Of a stretch of DNA of 64,000 bases, positions 18,538-25,092 are shown in pieces. Source of the DNA: Acidobacteria bacterium RIFCSPLOWO2_02_FULL_65_29 (lineage in GTDB: Bacteria; Acidobacteriota; Vicinamibacteria; Vicinamibacterales; CAVVIG01); assembly GCA_001767435.1 (NCBI GenBank), contig MEKT01000037.1, forward strand, positions 25,840 to 89,839, given 5' to 3'. Both the position numbers and the translations under genes were made by a program. Position 1 is the first letter of the stretch. Every line of letters begins with the position of its first letter. The notes under the pieces were generated by a model that was not told the DNA's origin, made no database searches, and saw only the letters and a list, made by a program, of their open reading frames with translations.

Positions 18538-20220
18538 GTGCCAACATCGGACGAGTCTCAAAGCAGGATAGCTCGCGTAGGTGTTGAACCCGTGCAGGAT
18601 ATCCGAACGGTCGAAAACCACGATGCGGCGTATGACATCTGGAAGGCCGCTGGCGCTCGAAACCGAGTTCTGGTTCATGTCGACGGGCACGTCGACTTCG
18701 AGTGGATGAACGATCACGTTGCCGATGAGCTTCTGGCCGCGCGCAGCTCAGTGGAGATCCAGCGGCTGCTTGCCGAGACGAGCGCCTGGCATTTCGACGA
18801 ACGGCCGTTGCGCGAACGGGTCACCCCCGCGAATTTCATCTATCCGGCGATAAAGGAGGGTCTCGTTCGCGAGTTCATCTGGATCATGCCCGATGCCTTC
18901 TGGGCAAGCCCCGCAGCACGTCGCGTGATTCGCGATGGTTTGGAGCAGACACTGCGCCGGGGCTCGCCAGAGGCCGGCCCCCTACGCGTGTCCAACGGCG
19001 GCATCCGTTTTCGTCTGCTGGGGTGTCCTGTGACCGCGTGTACGCTCGCCACTTTGCCTCGCATCACCGAGCCGGTGCTGCTCGATATCGACGTCGATTA
19101 TCTCCTCACCACGAATCCGGCGGGGCCGGCCCCGTACTTCCAGCGCGAGCCGGCCGAGCCGTGGCTGTGGCCCAGCGCGTTCTTCCGGCGCCTCAGGTCG
19201 ACGCGTCTGAAGACGGACCTGCTGACCATCGCGTACTCCGTGGACGACGGTTTCACGCTGCTTCGCTACAAGTACTTTGGCGATCTGCTGCGACGCGCGC
19301 TCGGCGAGGCGTCCGAACGCGTGAGCGACGCCCCGGTTTCCGGGAGCGCTGCCGAGGCGTTCGATCACGTGAGCCGAAGCCTCTCCGCTCACGACATGCT
19401 CTCGACCGGTCGCTGGTGGCGAGAAATGGTGCGTCGAGATCCTTCCTATCGCTCGGTCTACGCGATCCCTGGATGGCGGGAAGAATGCGCTGGACGCTGG
19501 GACGCCGCGCTCGACATCTACCAGCGAATGATTGAGATCGATCCGGAATGGCACGTGCCGCATCTGGGAAGGGGTCGCGCGCTCTGGCAATTTGGCCGAT
19601 ATGCGGAGGCGGAAACGGCTTTCGAAGCGGCAGCCTCGCGGAGCTCCCGAGCGACGTCAGCCACGTACTGGCTGGGTCTTTGCCGATTTCGCCGCCAAGA
19701 TCTCGAAGGGGCCTCACGCGCCTGGACCGACGCGGTTCGAGCCGACCCACGCGATGGCTCGAGCCTGCATGGTTTGGCCTGCGTGGAGGCTCAACAAGGG
19801 CAGGCGAGAGCTGGCGGCGCCCGGATTGCTCGAGGAGAACGCCGGCAGTGGAACCGGAGACGAAAGGGACTATCTCACATGACGGACCTCCACGATCCGC
19901 TCGGCACGCGCTATGAGCATGAGCCAAGCATCGTGACCCGCCGCGTCGCCGGCGAGGTCATCCTCGTGCCGACGCGCCAGATGAGCGGAGACGCTGCCCT
20001 TTTCACACTGGACGAAGTGGCAGCTTTTCTCTGGGAACGGTTGGACGGGCAGAGGACCGGCAAGGACCTCGTCGCGGCTCTGGAGTCGTCATATGCCGCT
20101 GAACCGGAACAGGCCGCCGCTGATGTGCGCACCTTTCTGGAGCAGCTCGAATCAATTGACGCAGTGCGGCGCGTGTCGGAGTCCCGCCGGGCGACGAATC
20201 ATGGCCCGGCCTCTCGCTGA
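18538..20220 (+). CDS. Multidomain ORF: UPF0489/arginase-deacetylase-like N-domain, TPR repeats and a C-terminal PqqD-type (RRE) domain
   Basis: Uninterrupted 560-codon frame. N-terminus VENHDAAYDIW...LVHVDGHVDF resembles the UPF0489 signature. TPR-like helices span aa about 290-420. The last 113 aa (from ATG 19879, preceded by aaaggga) are PqqD-like (VAGEVILVP...LFTLDEVAAFLWERLDGQRTGKDLVAAL). Confidence 0.7.
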   Translation: MPTSDESQSRIARVGVEPVQDIRTVENHDAAYDIWKAAGARNRVLVHVDGHVDFEWMNDHVADELLAARSSVEIQRLLAETSAWHFDERPLRERVTPANFIYPAIKEGLVREFIWIMPDAFWASPAARRVIRDGLEQTLRRGSPEAGPLRVSNGGIRFRLLGCPVTACTLATLPRITEPVLLDIDVDYLLTTNPAGPAPYFQREPAEPWLWPSAFFRRLRSTRLKTDLLTIAYSVDDGFTLLRYKYFGDLLRRALGEASERVSDAPVSGSAAEAFDHVSRSLSAHDMLSTGRWWREMVRRDPSYRSVYAIPGWREECAGRWDAALDIYQRMIEIDPEWHVPHLGRGRALWQFGRYAEAETAFEAAASRSSRATSATYWLGLCRFRRQDLEGASRAWTDAVRADPRDGSSLHGLACVEAQQGQARAGGARIARGERRQWNRRRKGLSHMTDLHDPLGTRYEHEPSIVTRRVAGEVILVPTRQMSGDAALFTLDEVAAFLWERLDGQRTGKDLVAALESSYAAEPEQAAADVRTFLEQLESIDAVRRVSESRRATNHGPASR

Positions 20221-21298
20221 AGAGCAGTACGGTCAGTTCAGCGCCCGCGTCTGCAGTCGCACCATCGCCGACGCGCAACCGACTCGTGTCCAGTTCGAGC
20301 TGACCTACAGGTGCAATATCCATTGCGTGCACTGCTACACCGACCCCTTCAACACCCTGGACGCTGTCGGGCGTGAGCTCGATCTGCACGAGATCTCGAG
20401 GATCTTTGACGAGCTGGCTGATGCGGGTGTGCTGTGGATGACGATGACAGGCGGTGAAGCCCTCGTGCATCCTCAGTTCCGGCGGATCTATCAGGAAGCC
20501 AAACGCCGGGGATTCATCATCAGCCTCTATTCGAACGGGACGACGGTTTCCGAGAGCCTCGCGGACTTCCTTGCCGCGGACCCGCCGTTCACGATTGACG
20601 TGAGCTGCCACGCGGCCACGAGCGGAACCTTCGACAGGATCACCCAAGTCTCCGGTTCCTTCAATCTGTTTCAGCAGGGCGTTGGTCGGCTGATGGCGAG
20701 AGCGTTGCCGCTCACGATCAAGACGAAGGCGATGACGACAAACCGGCACGAGCTCTCGCGGATCAAGACGCTGGTGGAAGACCTCGGGCTCGACTTCCAT
20801 GTCTTCACGACGATTCATCCACGTCTGAACGGGGACCTGACGTCCACCCACTACCGGCTGACACCGCGAGAGATCATCGATCTCGAGGTGGGAGAGACAG
20901 CCGATGGCTGTGAAGGTGTGTGCGGCTCGCGCGATCGGGCCGGTGCCAACACCCTGACAGAGCCTCCCTCCGATGATCGGTTGTTTCGCTGCGGGTGCGG
21001 GACCAACACCTGCACGATCAATCCCTACGGGGTTCTGCGAGCCTGCACCCATACCACCTGGCCTTCGATCGACCTGAACACCACGCCATTTGCGCAGGCG
21101 TTCGCGCGCCTTGTCAACCAAGTGCGGAATGCCCGATACACAGGCGCGTCGCCGTGCGCGGCGTGTACGGCCCATGTCTTCTGCCACAAGAACCCGGCAA
21201 TGGCCGTGCACGAAGCGGGTGCGATGGAGGCGCCGGTGACCCATTACTGTGAAGTGGCCTTTGGCAAAGCCGCGCGGCTTGGGCAGACGTGCAAATGA
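20201..21298 (+). CDS. Radical SAM/SPASM protein B
   Basis: ELTYRCNIHCVHCY cluster motif. Cys-rich tail FRCGCGTNTC...C...CAACTAHVFC...C. The start at 20201 (MARPLAEE) overlaps the previous ORF by 20 nt. Confidence 0.85.
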   Translation: MARPLAEEQYGQFSARVCSRTIADAQPTRVQFELTYRCNIHCVHCYTDPFNTLDAVGRELDLHEISRIFDELADAGVLWMTMTGGEALVHPQFRRIYQEAKRRGFIISLYSNGTTVSESLADFLAADPPFTIDVSCHAATSGTFDRITQVSGSFNLFQQGVGRLMARALPLTIKTKAMTTNRHELSRIKTLVEDLGLDFHVFTTIHPRLNGDLTSTHYRLTPREIIDLEVGETADGCEGVCGSRDRAGANTLTEPPSDDRLFRCGCGTNTCTINPYGVLRACTHTTWPSIDLNTTPFAQAFARLVNQVRNARYTGASPCAACTAHVFCHKNPAMAVHEAGAMEAPVTHYCEVAFGKAARLGQTCK

Positions 21299-22221
21299 CG
21301 GTTCGATTCCAGTTCGGACCGGCGACGATCGATCTTGTCGCTGACCGCTGGCCCGAGGATGTGACGGCCGGGCACTACGGGCCGTTCGTGTCCAACCCGG
21401 AGGGCCCCGCCGACCTCACCATCCACGTCCATCGCGATCGAGCGCCCAGTTGCGGCCGGGTTTCGCCCGCCGCGCAACTACCGACCAACTGGGCCCTGTA
21501 CCGGTGCCGATCGGGCTATCGCCTGGAAATCCTGGAGCAAGTCACATTCGCACCACGGCAGATAGTCTTGCTGGATCGATCATTGAGCCGCGCTGACGTC
21601 TACGCGGCGTCGGGAGCTGGGCTCCCAGGGTATCCGCCGGGGAGCTGGTGTCTGGCTCTGGTGATGAATCCGTTCGTGCAGTGGTGGCTCACGGCCTTCC
21701 TCGCGCTTCGAGCGCGGGGCGTGTTGCTGCATGCTTCCGCGGCGGCCTTCAATGGGGCGGGCCTTGCGTTTGCCGGACCTTCCGGCGCGGGCAAGACGAC
21801 GACCGTTCGGAGGTGTCGAGATCGCGCCGGGGCGGTCGTGCTCAACGACGAGCGGATCATCGTGTGGCGAACCGCGGAGGGGGTCAAGGTGGCTGGCACG
21901 CCCTGGCACGGGGAACTCCCCGAGGTTGCCGCCTTGGTCGTACCTCTGGTCGGGCTCTTCATGCTGACCAAGAACGCAACGAACCGCTATCTCCCGTGGC
22001 CGCCGCCACGTATGGTGGCGGGCATCATGTCGGAAGCGTTTCTCCCTATCTGGAGCGTCGAGGCCATGGCGGGCCTGCTCGAAGCGGCGGAGCACATCGT
22101 ACGCGCGGTTCCGAGCGGCGAGCTGCAGCTCGCGAACGACCGCGACGTCGCGGACTACCTGCGGCGCTTCGTGGATGTCGGGCCCAGCACGCCGTGGGCG
22201 GTCGCCGTGGGGTCGCCATGA
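21295..22221 (+). CDS. HPr-kinase-like P-loop protein (HprK-related, ScmC-like)
   Basis: LLHASAAAFNGAGLAFAGPSGAGKTTT matches the HprK C-terminal-domain P-loop context. ATGA overlap with the upstream stop; GTG alternative at 21289. Confidence 0.75.
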   Translation: MTVRFQFGPATIDLVADRWPEDVTAGHYGPFVSNPEGPADLTIHVHRDRAPSCGRVSPAAQLPTNWALYRCRSGYRLEILEQVTFAPRQIVLLDRSLSRADVYAASGAGLPGYPPGSWCLALVMNPFVQWWLTAFLALRARGVLLHASAAAFNGAGLAFAGPSGAGKTTTVRRCRDRAGAVVLNDERIIVWRTAEGVKVAGTPWHGELPEVAALVVPLVGLFMLTKNATNRYLPWPPPRMVAGIMSEAFLPIWSVEAMAGLLEAAEHIVRAVPSGELQLANDRDVADYLRRFVDVGPSTPWAVAVGSP

Positions 22222-23468
22222 ACGAGATATCGTTCGAGCGCCTGGTCTTTGGCGTGGACGACGAAGCCCGGGCCGCCCCGCATCTCGTGCAGGCGATGGT
22301 GGAGCTCACCTATGGCTGCAACCTGCGGTGTGTTCACTGCTACAACCCGACGCACGACGCGCAAGACGAGCTGCGGACCGAGGCTGTCCTGCGGATCCTA
22401 GACGAGCTGGCCCACGAGGGATGCCTCCGCGTCGGCTTTACCGGCGGCGAGCTCTTCGTTCGTCGCGATACCTTCGACATCCTGCGTCACGCAAAACGGC
22501 TCGGGATGATCCTCACGATTCTCACCAATGCGACGATGATCACATCGAAGATCGCGGATCGTCTTGCCGCGCTCGATCCCCACCAGGTCGACGTCTCGGT
22601 CTACGGCGCAAGCGCCGAGACGTATGAAACCGTCACGAGAGTCCCCGGCTCCTTCCTCCGATTTTTGAGCGGTCTGGATCGGCTCGTCGAGCGGCATGTT
22701 CGCGTGTTGCTCAAGCTCGTCCTGCTCACCGTGAACGTCCACGAGCGCCGCCAGATGCAAGAGCTTGCGATGAGCCGAAATCTTCGTTACCAGATGGCGA
22801 CCGACGTGCACCCGAGGGTTGACGGATCGATCGAGCCGCTGGCCTATCGTCTCTCGCCAGCGCAAGCGTTCGAAGTCTGGCGCGAGTCTGCCGAGCCGAT
22901 CCCGTCAGCGAGCCTAACAGCCCGTGGTGAAAGTCTGGCTGCATTCGACGGGCGATGCATCCCCGCCGGCGGCGTTGCTCCTCCCTCAAATACTCCCGGT
23001 ATTCTCGGTCGTCGCGCCTTGCCGGCGGGGCGCCTCGCCCGTCTCGGTGCGACGCCAGACGTTCACCACGGGCTGCTAACGTCTGGCGGTTCCCAGATGC
23101 GGGGGGCTTCCCGTGCGAAAGCAGAGGAACCCTCCTGTGGATTCGATGGGCGGGTGTTTCACTGTCGTTGCGGAAAATCGAATGTGGCCGTGACGCCCCA
23201 CGGCAGGCTCAATCTGTGCCTCTCGGTTTATCACCCACGATACGACCTCACACGCGGCAGCCTGAAAGACGGTTGGAAGCAGCTCGTGGATCTGGTTGCG
23301 TCGGCCAGACCAGGACCGGCCTACGAGTGCAATCGGTGCTCCCTCACCGAGCATTGCTCGCGCGGCGTGGGCGATAGCTGGCTCGCGACCGGCCAATTCG
23401 ACAATCCATGTATGCCGCACTACCGGGAGCTGGCCGAGCGCAAGGCAAGTTTCCTCAGGGAGCGGTAA
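22218..23468 (+). CDS. Radical SAM/SPASM protein C carrying an in-frame MITE-derived 54-codon insert
   Basis: ELTYGCNLRCVHCY cluster motif. SPASM-like tail HCRCG...C...ECNRCSLTEHC...C. ATGA overlap with the upstream stop. The insert lies at 22915-23078, in the linker between the core and the SPASM region. Confidence 0.85.
   Translation: MNEISFERLVFGVDDEARAAPHLVQAMVELTYGCNLRCVHCYNPTHDAQDELRTEAVLRILDELAHEGCLRVGFTGGELFVRRDTFDILRHAKRLGMILTILTNATMITSKIADRLAALDPHQVDVSVYGASAETYETVTRVPGSFLRFLSGLDRLVERHVRVLLKLVLLTVNVHERRQMQELAMSRNLRYQMATDVHPRVDGSIEPLAYRLSPAQAFEVWRESAEPIPSASLTARGESLAAFDGRCIPAGGVAPPSNTPGILGRRALPAGRLARLGATPDVHHGLLTSGGSQMRGASRAKAEEPSCGFDGRVFHCRCGKSNVAVTPHGRLNLCLSVYHPRYDLTRGSLKDGWKQLVDLVASARPGPAYECNRCSLTEHCSRGVGDSWLATGQFDNPCMPHYRELAERKASFLRER
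22915..23078. mobile_element. MITE-like palindromic element, copy 2, inside a coding region
   Basis: Same 160-bp element as 17193-17352, flanked by TA. Element plus one TA is 162 bp (54 codons), with no stop in the host frame. Confidence 0.6.
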
Positions 23469-23482
23469 CCGGAGGTCTTCTC

Positions 23483-23701
23483 ATGGAGCACGAACGCGCG
23501 CGGAAAAAGTACCACCCACCGACGATCACTCGGGTCGTCTTGCGGCCCGAGCAGGCCATTCTGAGCCAGTGCAGCACGATGGGGATGTCCGCTCGAGACC
23601 TCGGCAGCCCGAGCGTGATGACGTGTGCGTTCGGACCCGACAATTGCCGCGCGTGGGCCGGCACCGGCAGGTTTGTCGACAGCGGGTATCGCCCCTCGTA
23701 A
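23483..23701 (+). CDS. Candidate RiPP precursor peptide (72 aa)
   Basis: GGAGG at 23471-23475, 7 nt before the ATG. Peptide: MEHERARKKYHPPTITRVVLRPEQAILSQCSTMGMSARDLGSPSVMTCAFGPDNCRAWAGTGRFVDSGYRPS. It has a YxxPxI leader-like motif, 3 Cys and a C-terminal Ser. Confidence 0.55.
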   Translation: MEHERARKKYHPPTITRVVLRPEQAILSQCSTMGMSARDLGSPSVMTCAFGPDNCRAWAGTGRFVDSGYRPS

Positions 23702-23703
23702 GG

Positions 23704-24180
23704 ATGAGAGGGCTCCTGACGCGGCCGCGGCATCCAAGCGGGATTCCTGAACGGACGGGACGAATCTCCGACTATCTCGAGGTGGCGGATCTTCTCGTTT
23801 GCCAGCGAAGATTGCGCTTCCGAGTCTCGTCGGACAGCATGGTGCCCAGTCTGCGACCGGGGGATCTCGTGCGGCTCCGCCCTGTGTTCGACCGGCTCGC
23901 CGCGGGCGATCTCGTCGCGATGCGCCTGGGGGACCGCATCATCTGTCATCGCGTCACGCGCTGCTACCCTGACGAAGACGGCCGACAGTGGGTGGTGACG
24001 AAAGGCGATCGGAGCGCTGCCGAGGATTTCCCCAGTTCCGCAGCCCTGATCGTCGGTCGGGTCACCGAGGTGATTCGACCGCCGGTCTGGAATCGCCTCA
24101 TGTGGCGCACGCGCGGCTTCCTGTGCGCGCTGTTGGCGCGCCGCCGCAAAGCGTCTGAACGTCAGAGGTCACCGTCTTGA
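23704..24180 (+). CDS. S26B-type (SipW/Sec11-like) serine peptidase, candidate leader peptidase
   Basis: Motif series SDSMVPSLRPGD ... GDLVAM ... CHRV ... TKGDRSAAED parallels the archaeal/SipW-type signal peptidase boxes. It starts 2 nt after the precursor stop. Confidence 0.65.
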   Translation: MRGLLTRPRHPSGIPERTGRISDYLEVADLLVCQRRLRFRVSSDSMVPSLRPGDLVRLRPVFDRLAAGDLVAMRLGDRIICHRVTRCYPDEDGRQWVVTKGDRSAAEDFPSSAALIVGRVTEVIRPPVWNRLMWRTRGFLCALLARRRKASERQRSPS

Positions 24181-25052
24181 AATCGCCGAGCGAGCCTCGC
24201 CCAGCTCAGGCCGCTGCCGAACCCACCGAATGGGCGCGACCCTGGCGCCTTGAAGCCACAAGGCGACTGCTACTTGCCGCGCGGGGGTTGGAGTTTTTCA
24301 GCCTCGCGATCCCGCGTCCGGACGATTTGATCGGATCGGCGCACCGGTTCTACGCCAAGCCGGAAGTGGTCACCGGCATGGCGGAGAGTGCCGATGCCGA
24401 CCTGTATCCGCACGAGAAGGCCGCTCTGGAACGATTCGCTCCTCACCCGACCGATGCGCTCGTGCTGGGTTGCGGCGCGGGGCGGGAAGCGATCGCGTTG
24501 GTGAAGCGGGGCTGGAGCGTCGTGGGCCTGGACGCCGGGCCCGCGCTGATTGAGGCCGCGAAGCTGAACGCCGCTCGAGCCGACGTCCGCATCGACTTCC
24601 GCTGCCACGACATCACGCGGCCATTTCATGTCGATGTCGATCGCGTGTTCGACCTCGTCTGCATCTTCGGCGTCGTTTACAGCCTGATCCCGAGTCGTCC
24701 GCTGCGGGTGGCCACTCTCCGCACCTGTCGCACGCATCTGGCGCCTGATGGCGTGTGCGTCTTGGACTTTGCGGCCCGCGAGAACCCGACGAGCCCGCGC
24801 GAGCTTTGGGCCCACCGCTGGCGCCAGCGACTTGCTTGGGCGACCCGCGGAAATCGAGACTGTCAGATCGGTGACCACTGGTTCGCTGGCGTCCTCTGCA
24901 TGCACGCATTTGCCCATCCCGACGAAGTGTCGAAAGAGGCCGAGGAGGCCGGTTTCCATACTGAGATGTTGCGGGACCCTGGCTACCCGCCGGTCGCGGT
25001 GTTGACACACCGCCCTCACCCTCACGAAATGTCGTCTCGAGACGCCGACTGA
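24177..25052 (+). CDS. Class I SAM-dependent methyltransferase
   Basis: Motif I VLGCGAGREA and post-I VVGLD. TTGA overlap with the upstream stop. An internal ATG (MAESAD) is an alternative start. Confidence 0.8.
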   Translation: MKSPSEPRPAQAAAEPTEWARPWRLEATRRLLLAARGLEFFSLAIPRPDDLIGSAHRFYAKPEVVTGMAESADADLYPHEKAALERFAPHPTDALVLGCGAGREAIALVKRGWSVVGLDAGPALIEAAKLNAARADVRIDFRCHDITRPFHVDVDRVFDLVCIFGVVYSLIPSRPLRVATLRTCRTHLAPDGVCVLDFAARENPTSPRELWAHRWRQRLAWATRGNRDCQIGDHWFAGVLCMHAFAHPDEVSKEAEEAGFHTEMLRDPGYPPVAVLTHRPHPHEMSSRDAD

Positions 25053-25092
25053 CCGGCTCCCACACGTCGCGTCACCGGTCACGGTTCCGGCT

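Noticed and set aside
21648-22217. N-terminal extension of the radical SAM C ORF (track ORF 21648-23468)
   Set aside because: The extension overlaps the HprK-like gene in another frame and is Arg/Gly-rich. A start at 22218 gives an ATGA coupling and aligns with the N-termini of the two paralogs.
23296-23703. N-terminal extension of the peptidase ORF, and the 97-aa version of the small ORF (23408)
   Set aside because: Both extensions overlap the end of radical SAM C and lack an RBS. The internal starts at 23483 (GGAGG) and 23704 fit the operon spacing.
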